DNA of 64,000 bases from an uncultured Acidobacteriota bacterium. Its GTDB lineage: Bacteria; Acidobacteriota; Thermoanaerobaculia; UBA5066; Gp7-AA6. Location of the stretch: NCBI GenBank assembly GCA_963749265.1, contig CAVVML010000018.1:531683-595682 (forward strand), given 5' to 3'. The translations under genes and the position numbers were made by a program. The notes beneath the pieces are model-generated. The model searched no databases and had not been told where the DNA came from. It saw only the letters and a program-made list of their open reading frames with translations. Shown piece by piece: positions 25,539 through 35,829 of this stretch. Each line of letters opens with the position of its first letter. Position 1 is the first letter of the stretch.

Positions 25539-25687
25539 GCTTTGCGCCTCCTTTGCGCGCCCAGAACCTATGCTGTAGCAGCAACTTACTGGCCGGTTGT
25601 GCGCCTGATCACAGGGACAGGAATAGTACAGGGAGCAGCCTGAAAGCCCTGCCGTTGCAAGGAAATCCGACGAGGGGCGTCTTCGGG

Positions 25688-26863
25688 TTAGGACACTCTT
25701 CGGACGCGCTCCCGGGGTCGGCGAGAAATAAATTCCGCGATCAGTTCGTCGATCCTCGAAAGCCCCTCCCGGACCTTTCCGAGGTCGTATCCGTAGCCGA
25801 TCCGCACGTACTTGCCGATCCCGAAGTGGCCTCCGGGGGTGATCAGGACGGATTTCTCCTTTCGCAGCCTCTCGAAGAGGGCCACCGAGCCGATCGCCAG
25901 CCGGTAGCGGACCAGGGCGATCGCTCCGGCTCGCGGCGGGATCAGGTCGAGGACGCCTTCGTGTCCGCGCACCCAGGCTTCGACTTCCGGCAGCTGCCGC
26001 CGGACGATCGAACGCGTGCGCGCGAGGATCTCGTCCCGGCGTTTCGGTTCCATCGCGAGACGGGCCAGCCGGTCGGAGAGCATCGTCGGAGTCAGAGTCG
26101 TGTAGTCCTGGTACGACCAGAGCCGCGCGGCCTGCGCCGGGGGCGCCACGATCCAGCCGATGCGCAGCCCGGGGAGGCCGAACGCCTTGGAGAGGCCGGC
26201 CGTCACGATCACCTTCCTGTACCGTCCCCAGAACGTCGGCGAAGGCGAGGGCGCGTCGGCCCCGACCTCCGCCCCGCGATAGACCTCGTCGGAGACGATC
26301 CAGGCGCCGACCCTCCGGGCCGCCTCCACAACCGCATCCATCTCGGCCTCGGTCAACACCGCCCCGGTCGGGTTGTTCGGATTGGTGACCATGATGATGC
26401 GCGTCCGGCGCGTCACGGCCTTCTCGAGGCTGTCGATGTCCAGCGACCAGCGCCGGGCATCGCCCGTCCCGCTCTCGACGAGCCGGAAGGCGTCGGCTCG
26501 GCCTGCGTACGCCCGGGCCAGTCCCCAGCCCTGGAGATACGACGGGAGCATGATCGCCGCGCGATCGCCCTTCTCCAGGAGTCCCCAGAGTGTCGTGTAG
26601 TTCGCTTCCGACGTCCCCGTGGTGACCAGCACGTTTTCGGTGGTGGCCCCGGGGTAGAAAAGGGCGATCCGCTCGCGCAGGAGCTTCGAACCGTTGGCCT
26701 CGGGGTACTTGAGCGCCGTTTCGAGGAACTCGCCCCGGCCGGCTTCGCCCTCCAGCAACTCCTCGACCCGCAGGGGGAGGACGCCGCTTTCCGAAAGGTT
26801 CCAGCGGACCTCGTTCTCGTAGAGGCACTGGGTCCGCTCCATCTGAAACCGGTCGATGCGCAT
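25688..26863 (-). CDS. Class I/II pyridoxal-phosphate-dependent aminotransferase.
   Basis: Intact 391 aa with NPNNPTGAVLTEAEMDAVVEAAR and the lysine motif TAGLSKAFGLPGLRIGW. Substrate specificity cannot be called from the sequence. Confidence 0.85.
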   Translation of the reverse strand: MRIDRFQMERTQCLYENEVRWNLSESGVLPLRVEELLEGEAGRGEFLETALKYPEANGSKLLRERIALFYPGATTENVLVTTGTSEANYTTLWGLLEKGDRAAIMLPSYLQGWGLARAYAGRADAFRLVESGTGDARRWSLDIDSLEKAVTRRTRIIMVTNPNNPTGAVLTEAEMDAVVEAARRVGAWIVSDEVYRGAEVGADAPSPSPTFWGRYRKVIVTAGLSKAFGLPGLRIGWIVAPPAQAARLWSYQDYTTLTPTMLSDRLARLAMEPKRRDEILARTRSIVRRQLPEVEAWVRGHEGVLDLIPPRAGAIALVRYRLAIGSVALFERLRKEKSVLITPGGHFGIGKYVRIGYGYDLGKVREGLSRIDELIAEFISRRPRERVRRVS

Positions 26864-26998
26864 GGCCGACCTCGGAGAAGTGCCCGAATGGTATCAGCCG
26901 GCTTGCACGAGATTTTTCTTGAACTACGTACTTAAGTAGTACTTCGCGCAATAGTATTGACCCTTGGTCACGCACGCGTGAATTGGAAGGAGGAGACC

Positions 26999-28790
26999 AT
27001 GGCTCTACGGTTCCCCGCGAAGAAAGTGTTGGTTCCCGTCCTGGCGTCAGCCGTCCTCTGTTTCGGTGCGACGGTGACGGCGGTCGGCTCGTCAGGCAAG
27101 ACGTCGGTGCCGAAAGTCAAACCCAAGTGGTCGAAGGCGGTGGCCTTCGACGTGTCCGCCCCCCTTCGGGAGATGGCGGCCTCGGGACGCGTCAACAAAC
27201 CGGTGGCTCCGGAGCTCAAAGAAATCCGAGAGGAACGGGTCGTGCGTGCCATCAGCGACCGCGGCCACTCGCCCGATGGCGCGCTCCAGGGTCCGGCCGG
27301 CTCATTTATCGCGCCGAGCCTCGCGATTCCGGGTCCGTCAGAGAACTTCGAAGGCGTGAGCAACCAGGACAACTTCAACATCTTCGGTTTCCGCGTCAAC
27401 CCGCCCGACCCCGTGGGCGACGTCGGCCCCAATCACTACGTCGAGATGATCAACCTCGTCTACGCGGTTTACAGCAAGACGGGAACGCTGCTCCTCGGCC
27501 CGGTGGACACGGGCACGCTCTGGGCGGACTTTCCGATCGACGACTGCACAGACCCGTCGGGCGACCCGATCGTCGTCTACGACCAGCTCGAGGACCGCTG
27601 GCTCCTGAGCCAGTTCACGACGCGCGCCTCTAGTTGTTCCGCCGTTCGAGGCGCCGTTCTACAACTGCGTCGCCATCTCCGTCACCGGTGATCCCACGGG
27701 CGAGTACTACCGTTATGCGTTCATCACGCAGCCGGACGGAGTTGCCCGGCTGGTACTTCTTCCCCGACTATCCGAAGTATGGCAGAGTGGAAGAAGTCGT
27801 ACGTGCTGACGACTCGCGACTTCGGCTTTACAACCAGTACGGCATCAGCGTCTATGCGCTCGAGAAGAACAAGATGATCGCCGGCAACCCGAATGCCCGC
27901 GCGGTCCAGTTCTTCCTGGATTCCGAACGACGTGCCGCTCAATCTGATCGGCGACGGCCTGCTTCCGGCCGACATCGACGGCACGAAGCAGCCGAAGGAA
28001 GACGCGGCCATTCCGATCATCGGCACGCAGGACGCGGAAGCCGGATACGGTGCCACGTTCGACGCCGTGAACATCTGGGATCTCAAGATCCACTGGCAGG
28101 CGAACCCCGTGGCGTCGATCGCGTTTCGCGGCGCGATTCCCGGTCGCACCCTTCGACTCGGTCTTTCCCTGCGCACCGACCTCCCGCGACTGTCTGCCGC
28201 AGCCCGGAATAGTCAATCCGGCTCAGTACCTCGACATCCTTTCTTACCGCCAGCGGCCGACCTGGCGCGCCGCGTACCGCAATTTCAAGGACTACGAGAC
28301 CATCGTGACGAATCAGTCGGTCGAGGCCCTTCCGGGTATCGCCGGCGCGCGGTGGTGGGAGATCCGGCGGGTCGGAAGCACCTACTCGATCCACCAGGAA
28401 GGCACCTTCGCGCCGAACGACGGTGTGCACCGCTGGATGGGCTCGATCGCCCAGGACAAGAACGGGAACATGGCCCTCGGCTACAGCGTCGTCAACGGCG
28501 ACGACCGTCTTTCCGGGCATCCGCTACACGGGCCGGCTCGCCGGCGATGCGCCGGGGACGATGACGCTCGGTGAGGCCACGGTCATCAACGGCACGGGAG
28601 TGCAGACGACGACCAACTCTCGCTGGGGCGACTACACCTCGATGAACATCGACCCGAGCGACGACTGCACGTTCTGGTACGTCAACCAGTACTACACGCT
28701 GGCCGGGCAGGCCACCTCGACGGCCGGCTGGCAGACGCGCATCGCGAGCATCAAGCTCCCGGGCTGCGGTCGTAGCGAAGTCCGGAGCGT
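26999..28790 (+). CDS. Large secreted protein of unknown family (~590 aa), fragmented by at least four frameshifts.
   Basis: The RBS GGAAGGAGG precedes an ATG at 26999, followed by the signal peptide MALRFPAKKVLVPVLASAVLCFGATVTAV. Conserved-looking blocks across frames are GPNHYVEMINLVYAVYSKTGTLLLGPVDTGTLWADFPIDDCTDPSGDPIVVYDQLEDRWLLSQFT, YRYAFITQPDG, IAGNPNARAVQFFLDS, PLNLIGDGLLPADIDGTKQPKED...GYGATFDAVNIWDLKIHWQANP, GARWWEIRRVGSTYSIHQEGTFAPNDGVHRWMGSIAQDKNGNMALGYSVVNGDD and RWGDYTSMNIDPSDDCTFWYVNQYYTLAGQATSTAGWQTRIASIKLPG. I could not assign a family. Confidence 0.6.
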
Positions 28791-28799
28791 TCGACGACG

Positions 28800-28828
28800 G
28801 GCCGGCGCGGAAACGCGCCGGCCCTTTT
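28800..28828 (+). terminator. Canonical intrinsic terminator after the secreted-protein gene.
   Basis: GGCCGGCGCG-GAAA-CGCGCCGGCC is a perfect 10-bp stem with a GNRA tetraloop, followed by CTTTT. Confidence 0.85.
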
Positions 28829-28980
28829 CACATTCTCCCGGCTCTTCCGCCGGATCCTGCGCATGCGCAGTGTCACGGCCGAACGGATGCTCACGAGGGC
28901 TGAAGACGGTTGCCGTTTCGCGAAGCGATCCCCCATGTCGACCTCGCGGCAGTTATCCTTGCCGTCTCAGGACCCGAGAC

Positions 28981-29870
28981 GATGACCGAGAAGATTTCCA
29001 ATGCAGTGGTGCTTCACGGGCCAGGCCGGTCCGGCACCACTCTCTTCAGCCGGATTCTCTCCACGCATTCCGCTTTTGCCTGGATCTCGGGTTACGTGAA
29101 CCGTTTTCCCGGTCATCCACTTCTCTGGCCGTGTTCAACCGTGTGATGGAAATCGATACGGTGGAGAGGTTCAGTCGCTCCCGGCGATACTGGCCTCGTC
29201 CTGCGGAGGCCTACAATTTCTGGAACCACTACTTTCCCTATTTTTCTGAGCCGGCAGATCCGTGGCCGCACGAAACAACAGGATCGCCCGGACGAATGCA
29301 TTGCCGCCATCCGTGACGTTCAGCGCTACCAGGGGAAAAAGAGATTCATCACGAAGATCACGGGAGCGGACAGGGCGGCGGAGCTCGAGCGAGTGTTTGC
29401 CAACCCGCACGTTCTGTACATCCATCGGGATCCCAGGGCGGTTGTGGCGTCCTACTACAGACAGAGATGGGGATACAAAACCAAGCCCGAACGTCTTCGA
29501 AAGCAAGACCGAGATCGAGCTCTTGACGGAATACGTCAAGAGATACGAGATGAGCTTCGAAGGGAGAGGCGCATTGTAGTCGTTCCAGCTCCATGACGTC
29601 GTGTACGAACTCATGGTCGATGAGCCGGATCGATTCTTTCGCGGTGTTCTTTCGCGGCTTGGACTTCCGCAGGAAGCCGCCTTTTTCGACCGGTTGACGA
29701 CCTGGAAACTGGACAGGCAAGCCAACCAGGCATGGACAAAGCAGTTTTCCAAGGAGGGAATCGCCTTTCTCAATGAGTCCCTCGAGCCATACATTGACTT
29801 CACGATGGAACTGCAAAGAAGAAGCCATGTCACCGGACTCCGACGAGGAGAAGTCTCGAGATCAGTCCGG
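28981..29870 (+). CDS. Sulfotransferase-family protein. There are at least three frameshifts and the 3' end is approximate.
   Basis: MTEKISNAVVLHGPGRSGTTLFSRILSTHSAFAWISGYVN carries the 5'-PSB-like GxSGTT loop. It continues across frames as RYWPRPAEAYNFWNHYFPYF, then RFITKITGADRAAELERVFANPHVLYIHRDPRAVVASYYRQRW, then YELMVDEPDRFFRGVLSRLGLPQEAAFFDRLTTWKLDRQANQAWTKQFSKEGIAFLNESLEPYIDF. Confidence 0.65.
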
Positions 29871-29897
29871 GTCGTGACGGACGCCGGCCTTCTTTTT

Positions 29898-30925
29898 TCA
29901 GGGCACGGTGACGACGACCTTGCCGGTCGTCTTCCGGCTGGCGAGCGCCCGATGCGCGTCGGGAAGGCGCTCGAAGTCGAACCGCGGCCCCAGGATCGGG
30001 ACGAATCCGGCCCGCCTTCCACATCGCGAAGACTTCCTCCGCGCCCCGGCGCAGCTCGCCGGAGCGGTCCGGAAGAAGCGAGAGATTGAAGCCGATCAGA
30101 GTGCGGCAGGACTGGATCACCTCGTAGGGCGAGTGGAAGCCCATCCCGAGAAGCTCCCGGGCGGCCGTCCATTTCGCGACTCCGCGCGCGCCGGAGGCGG
30201 CCGCGAAGCCGTAGAGGACATAACGGCCGCCGGTCTTCGAGCCGCCGCCACAGCCTCGAGAACAACCGGCCGCCCACGGCGTCGAACACCACGTCCGGAC
30301 GGCCGCCGAAGGTTCGGTCGATGAGCTCCCCGCCTAGCCATACAGGCCGGCCGCCGCGGCTCCGAGCTCGCGGCACAGCGGGAAAGCTTGGGCTCGGACC
30401 CGACGAGCGCCACCGCGGCGGCGCCCCGCTCGCGAAGAAGTTGCAGCAGGGCCGTCCCGACTCCGCCGGCCGCGGCAGTGACCACGACGCGGTCTCCGGC
30501 CGCCACCTGCGCGCGATGGCATGCGTACCAGGCGGTGAGAAACGTGACCGCGACGGCCGCGGCCTCGACCGCGATCCGCGCCCTCGGGCAGGGGAAATAC
30601 TCGCGCCACGGGGACGGAGACTTTCTCGGCATGGCCGCCGAAGATCGGAAGCGCGACGACCGGCTGCCCCGGCGCAAGCCCGGCGACCTTCGGCCCGATC
30701 GCTTCGATCCGTCCCCGAGATCTCCATGCCCGGAACGAACGGCGGCTTCGGCGTCCTCGGGTAGTCCCCCGACCGCACGAAGAGGTCGGCGAAGTTCAGC
30801 CCGATCGCGGCCGTGCGGACGAGGACCTCGCCGGCTCGCCGGGCAGCGGATCGGGACGCTCCCGCAGGACGAGCCGCTCCGGGCCTCCGTAGCGGTCGAC
30901 GAACCAGGCGCGAGAGGTGACGGCG
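29898..30925 (-). CDS. Zinc-type alcohol dehydrogenase / NADPH:quinone oxidoreductase family protein (MDR superfamily). It is heavily frameshifted and no start codon was resolved.
   Basis: The blocks are:
- AVTSRAWFVDRYGGPERLVLRERPDPLPGE...EVLVRTAAIGLNFADLFVRSGDYPRTPKPPFVPGMEISGT
- EEAAAVAVTFLTAWYACHRAQVAAGDRVVVTAAAGGVGTALLQLLRERGAAAVALVGSEPKL
- GFHSPYEVIQSCRTLIGFNLSLLPDRSGELRRGAEEVFAMWKAGRIRP...GKVVVTVP, ending at a stop at 29898-29900
The gene is convergent with the sulfotransferase gene. Confidence 0.75.
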
Positions 30926-30936
30926 ATCCCCGGTCC

Positions 30937-32450
30937 TTACGCCTTGTCGGCCTTCTTCTCGGCCTCGACGGCCGCCGCGTCCGTCTTGGCCTGCATCATC
31001 CGGGCGATGTCGATCCCGAACTGGTCCTTGAGCATGGCCAGCATCGCCGACATGCCCCCGCCGACCGTGCCCATGACCTTCCCGACCGCTCCCGCTCCCG
31101 ACCCGTTGCCCATGTCGATGATGCTGATCTTGTCGATGCCCGCCAGCTGCGTCGCGAAGGCCTGTGCCAGCTCGGGCATCTTGTCGACGACCATGTTGAT
31201 GACGGCCGCCTCGTTGAACTGCTTCCAGGCCTCGGCCTTCCGCTGAAGGCCCTCGGCCTCCGCGAGCAGCTTCTTCTTGACGACCTCGGCTTCGGCTTCG
31301 CCGACCGCAAGCACCTTCGCGGCCTCCGCGCGTCCGACGCGCTCGATCTTGGCGGCCTCGCCCGCGCCCTCGAACTCCAGCTCCTTCTGAGTGGCTTCGG
31401 CCCGGGTGATCGCCGCCTGCTTCTCGCCCTCGGCGCGGAGGATCGTCGCCTGGCGCTCGGCCTCGGCGGGCGGACCACGGTGGCCAGGAGCTCCTGTTCG
31501 CGGCGGGCGGCTTCCTGCTGCTGCACCGCGACTTCGTTCTGCTTGCGGACCTGCTCGACCCGGACCTCCTGCTCGGTGACCTGCTGGCGCGCGATCGCGG
31601 TGGCGAGGGGGCCGGCCTGCTGCGACTCGGCCTGCTTGGCCTTCACCATCATGTCGAACTCGGCCTGCTTCGTCTCCTTGTCCCGCATGGACGCGGCAAT
31701 GGCGACATCCGCCTCGTACCGCTTGGTCTTCCCTTCGCGGTCCGCGGTGGCCGACTGGATCATGGCGTCGCGCGTCGCCTGGGCCTCGCCGATGACGGCG
31801 TCGCGCTTGACCTCGGCGGTCCGTTTCTTGCCCAGGGCGTCGAGGTAGCCCTGCTCGTCGCTGATCTGCTGGATCGTCAGGATGTCGATGTTGACGCCCA
31901 TCTTCTTCAGATCGAGCGCGGCCTCGTCCGTCATCTTCTGGGCGAAGGCCTGCCGGTCCGCGTTGATCTCTTCGACCGTCAGCGTCCCGAGGATCGCCCG
32001 GAGGTGTCCCTCCAGAGTCTGGAAGATCACGCCCTTGATCTGTTCCGTGGTCATGCCGAGGAAGCGCTCGGCCGCCGAGCGCATGGAGACGTCGTCGCCC
32101 GCGATCTTCACGTTCGCGACGGCCTCGACCGTGACCGGCACGCCCTCCTTGGTGTAGGCGCGCTGGATCTTCAGAGGGATCGAGATGATGTTCAGGGAGA
32201 GATACGCCACCTGCTCGAGCACCGGGACCCGCAGCGTCGCGCCGCCCCGGACGATGCGGAAACCGACCTTCGAGCGATTGCCCTTGTCGTCGACGATGGT
32301 GTGCTTGCGGCCGTAGATGATCGCGACCATCGAGGGCGGAACCTTGATGTAGTTGCGGGCGAAGAGGGCCATCGCCACCACGAGGCCCACGAGCCCGAGG
32401 ACGATCGCGAGAACGACCGTCGCCGAGGGAAGTCCTTCCAACATGTTCAT
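30937..32450 (-). CDS. Flotillin-like SPFH/band-7 protein (YqiK/FloA type). There is one frameshift near 31500.
   Basis: MNMLEGLPSATVVLAIVLGLVGLVVAMALFARNYIKVPPSMVAIIYGRK...GGATLRVPVLEQVAYLSLNIISIPLKIQRAYTKEGVPVTVEAVANVKI... followed by a long coiled coil. The C-terminus lies in another frame: AEAEGLQRKAEAWKQFNEAAVINMVVDKMPELAQAFATQLAGIDKISIIDMG. Confidence 0.88.
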
Positions 32451-32451
32451 C

Positions 32452-33005
32452 CTCCCTGGGGCCGCGCCTTCGGCCCTGTGGCTTCGACCAGAACCGAATC
32501 GCCGGAGAGCGCCGTGATCAGGACGCCGGTTCCGGCGGCGATCCCCTGTCCCGCCGCGCCCCGCGCGATGTGCGTACGACCGCTCTCCGCTCACGGTCAG
32601 CGTGACCTGCCCCACCCCGCCCTTCGGGATCCCGACCGACACCTCGGCCGGCTGCCCCACGAGGCTCGTCATCCGGACCTCGCTCGAGGCCTGCTGGGCG
32701 TAGAGCAGCCTCGCGAACTGATAGACGATCGTGGCCATCACGATCCCGGTCGCGACGCCGATCCCGGACGCGGCCGGATGGGACATCCCGAGATAGCGCG
32801 CCACGACGCCGCCCACGCCGAACGCCGTCAGGAAGGCGCCGATGACCCTCGAGCTGAAGATGCTGGGCCCGTCGCCATGCTCCACCCCGGCGTGGCCGCC
32901 CACCTCGACGTGGACGTCATGGTCGGCATGAAACAGGTCGCCGAGGAAAAGCATCGACAGGAGAAACAGAAGCCCGAAGGCCCCGATGGCCGCATAGAGG
33001 AGCAT
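32452..33005 (-). CDS. NfeD-like membrane protein (short form with a C-terminal OB-fold), the partner of flotillin. There is one frameshift near 32540.
   Basis: MLLYAAIGAFGLLFLLSMLFLGDLF...VIGAFLTAFGVGGVVARYL...GIGVATGIVMATIVYQFARLLY...VGQPAEVSVGIPKGGVGQVTLTVSGER. The stop overlaps the flotillin start (ggaggATGAacATG). A -35 TTGACA lies upstream, at 33089-33094 on the minus strand. Confidence 0.75.
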
Positions 33006-33205
33006 AGAGTCACACTCTCCCCTGTCTCCGGTGGCCTCGTGAAATCGTTCCGAGGATCGACAGTCAAGCTATATCCGGCTCCCGGCCTTGTCAACGCGCG
33101 CTGCCGGAGTCCCGAAAGTGGCACGCCGGTTGCGCGATTCAGACGCCGGCAGGCGAACAAGGAACGACCAGCCCGCCTCCACAGAGCGCCGAGGCGGCGC
33201 GAGTC

Positions 33206-34829
33206 TCACGGCGAGGCCAAGTCGCGAGCGACATAGCGGGCGGCGACTTCCCTCTGTTCCGGGGTCGAAGCCTGTTCCACGACGCTCCTGAGCTCCCGCC
33301 GAGCCGGATCCCGGCCGGAGAGAAGCCCGAAGTGCGAGGCGCGCTCCAGCCGACCCTTGTAGGAGAGCTCCGGAAGACCGAGACCGAGAAGAGCGAGAAG
33401 CGCGATGCCGGTCGAAAGCTTCGCCATCGGCGCCGACACCCACCGACCCGACGAGCGAGCGACCCGCAGAACGCAAAAAACCACGACGGCCGCAGGGATC
33501 GAAAAGGCCACCCAGAACGGCGCTCCCATCAGCGAAGCCAGATTCTCGGCGATCCATCCATGGCTCAGGAACCAGGAGGACATCGAAATCGCGGGCCATC
33601 GAACCATCCCCAGGTGGGGGAAGGTGGACGTCAGCAGCAGATGGCTCGCGAGCGAGTATCCGGTCGCGACCAGGAACAGCCCGCGCGACAGCGGCGTTCG
33701 CAACGCGTGGGTCAGCGGAAAGGCCACCAGGAAGAGAGCGGGAAGAAGATACCGACTCCCCAGCGAGGCGCCGCCGTCCCATCTCGGGTACCCGGACAGC
33801 AGTACGAACAATCCGAGCGAGCTGAAGAACAGGAAGAGACAATCCGCGCGCTTCTCGCCCGAACGCCACCAGCGGAAGAAACCGACGATGGACCAGAGGA
33901 GAAACGGCGAGAAGATGAACACTCCCCGCGCCGGGTCGAACAGGAGTCGCAGCGCGATTCTCGGGCTGGGATGCCGAATCCCGAACAGGCCCTTGCTCGC
34001 CAGGGTCGCGTAGGCGGTCTCTCGCGCGGACGAGAGGATCCATGGCGAGCCAAAACAGGCGTTGTTGTAGAAGAGAAGCAGCGAGAGCGGCACCATGGCG
34101 GCCACGGCGAAGGCGACCGCCCGGGTCGAGAGCGGCAGGCCGGCTCGAAGAGCGAGGAGGACGGCGATCGGTGCGACGGTGTACTCCGAAATGGCTGCCC
34201 ACGCCGCGAGCCCTCCGCTCGCCCCGGCCAACAACAATGGATGCCGACACGCCTTGTCTTCGGCGCGGCAGATCAGGTCCCAGGCCAGGAACAGGAGCGA
34301 CGCCGTCCACGCGTGGCTGAACAAGGTCCGCGCGTAAAAGAGAAAGGGGGTTCCAAAAACTGCGGCCAGCATGATCAGCGGGGCCACCGTGGGATTGCCG
34401 GAAGCAACCTCCAGCCGCCGCCCGAAACACCAGACCGCAATGAAGCAGATCGAGGAGACGGTGAGAAGGCGCAGGAGGTAGAAGATCGCATTGGACGTTC
34501 CGGCCGTCGGCGGCGGGAGAAAAAGACGCAGGAACCGGTAGACAGGATAGGCCGCAAAAGCGAGCCCGGGGGCTTTGTTGGAGTAATAGTGGCCCCCGGC
34601 CGCGGAAACGTCCTTGTGCTGGCCCATCGCCGCGATGGTCCGATCGATCGCGAAAGTCTTCCATTCGGCCATCGCGACGACGGCCTGAAAACGGGAGAGT
34701 TCATTCGTGTTCGAGTCCGGCGGAAACAAGACCCGTGAAATAAATGGTCGAAAAGACGAAAGCCGCGAGGATCGCCCGGGGCGCGCGCCGCGAGTCAGGC
34801 TCCATTCCCTGCGCGGACATTTCGCTCAT
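33206..34829 (-). CDS. Polytopic membrane protein, possibly a GT-C-fold (ArnT/PMT-like) glycosyltransferase. There is one frameshift near 34720.
   Basis: The N-terminus MSEMSAQGMEPDSRRAPRAILAAFVFSTIYFTGLV joins the 507-aa ORF ...FAIDRTIAAMGQHKDVSAAGGHYYSNKAPGLAFAAYPVYRF..., which has at least 10 predicted TM helices. The family assignment is tentative. Confidence 0.45.
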
Positions 34830-35219
34830 CGCGGCCGCGGTCGATGTTGGAGGCCAGCCGCCGCGCCGCTCGAGTGGTGTCTTCTCGCAGCCGCGGGTGA
34901 CGGTTCCATCCTCGGGTTCACCGATACATATTTGCACCGAGAAGGCTCGTCCTGGCACCTTGGGGAGAGGCCAATCGCGATAAAGCGCGGATCGTCCAGG
35001 CTTCGCCCGCCTCCTCCCGGCAGCCCGAAAAGGCACGCGGGTTGCAGGATTCGAACGCAGGCAGGGCGAAACGGCGTGTCGAGCTCGGGTTTTTACCGTT
35101 TCCCCGGGTGAATCGCTTCCGCAGGAGAACGGTGTCAGGAAGCGACGGCGCGCCCCTGCCGATTTCAGCGCCTCCGCCCCTCATGGGGGCGCTTCACGCG
35201 AAACTCAAGTCCGCGGCGG

Positions 35220-35651
35220 ATGATGGACCGCGTGATCCGGCCCCTGCGTGCCGCTGTCGTTGCCGCCCTCTCGTTCGGGAGCGCGTGTGCCTCCGCGCCA
35301 CCGGACAAGATCGGCGTGGCCGTCTTCGAGGCCCCGCTCGATGGCTCGCCGATGCCCGAGGGCTGTCGCCTCCTCTTCTCGCATCCTCCCGTCGACATGA
35401 ACGAGTTGCAGATGACCGGACCCAGGGATCCTTTTCATGCCCAGAGGGAGCGCTCGGCCGCCGCCGGCGGGAACGTGCTCCTCGTCCGATCCCGTCTGAC
35501 CGTCCCGCGCCAGGACTACAACTGCCCGGCCGCGTCCCCGATCACGAACTGCCCGCCGTCGGAGGGTTACTGGGCCACCGTGGTGTTCGAGGACTACACG
35601 TGCTCCCGAGCGGCGGTCGACGCCTTGCGGTCGTCGAAACCGAAGAATTAG
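35220..35651 (+). CDS. Small lipoprotein of unknown function.
   Basis: Signal peptide with lipobox MMDRVIRPLRAAVVAALSFGSAC. 143 aa, cysteine-containing. No family recognised. Confidence 0.45.
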   Translation: MMDRVIRPLRAAVVAALSFGSACASAPPDKIGVAVFEAPLDGSPMPEGCRLLFSHPPVDMNELQMTGPRDPFHAQRERSAAAGGNVLLVRSRLTVPRQDYNCPAASPITNCPPSEGYWATVVFEDYTCSRAAVDALRSSKPKN

Positions 35652-35708
35652 GGGGATCGGAAGGGCGTTGGGATTTCAGGCGCCCGGCGTCTATCATTTG
35701 GCCTCCCT

Positions 35709-35794
35709 GCCGGAGTGGCGGAATGGCAGACGCAGGGGACTCAAAATCCCCCGCTCGCAAGGGCATGCCGGTTCGAGTCCGGCCTCCGGCACCA
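35709..35794 (+). tRNA. tRNA-Leu (anticodon CAA), with CCA encoded.
   Basis: GCCGGAGTGGCGGAATGGCAGACGCAGGGGACTCAAAATCCCCCGCTCGCAAGGGCATGCCGGTTCGAGTCCGGCCTCCGGCACCA. It has a 7-bp acceptor stem, a long variable arm, and the anticodon loop CU-CAA-AA. A candidate promoter TTGGGA-N18-TATCAT is at 35668-35697. Confidence 0.9.
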
Positions 35795-35829
35795 GAGCGC
35801 GCTCCGCGCACTACGCGGCAGGCTGCGGC

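Noticed and set aside
35040-35075. tRNA-like T-loop signature on the minus strand (ggattcgaacgcagg, i.e. CGTTCGAATCC).
   Set aside because: The flanking bases do not form a complementary T-stem. There is no acceptor stem, anticodon arm or CCA. It is most likely chance similarity or a decayed fragment.
34830-35219. 390-bp intergenic region with small hairpins (CGAGCTCG-TTTTT, GCCCC-tcat-GGGGC) considered as a riboswitch or small RNA.
   Set aside because: I recognised no covariance-model-like conserved architecture. The hairpins are short. The region is more simply a divergent promoter region for the membrane-protein and lipoprotein genes.
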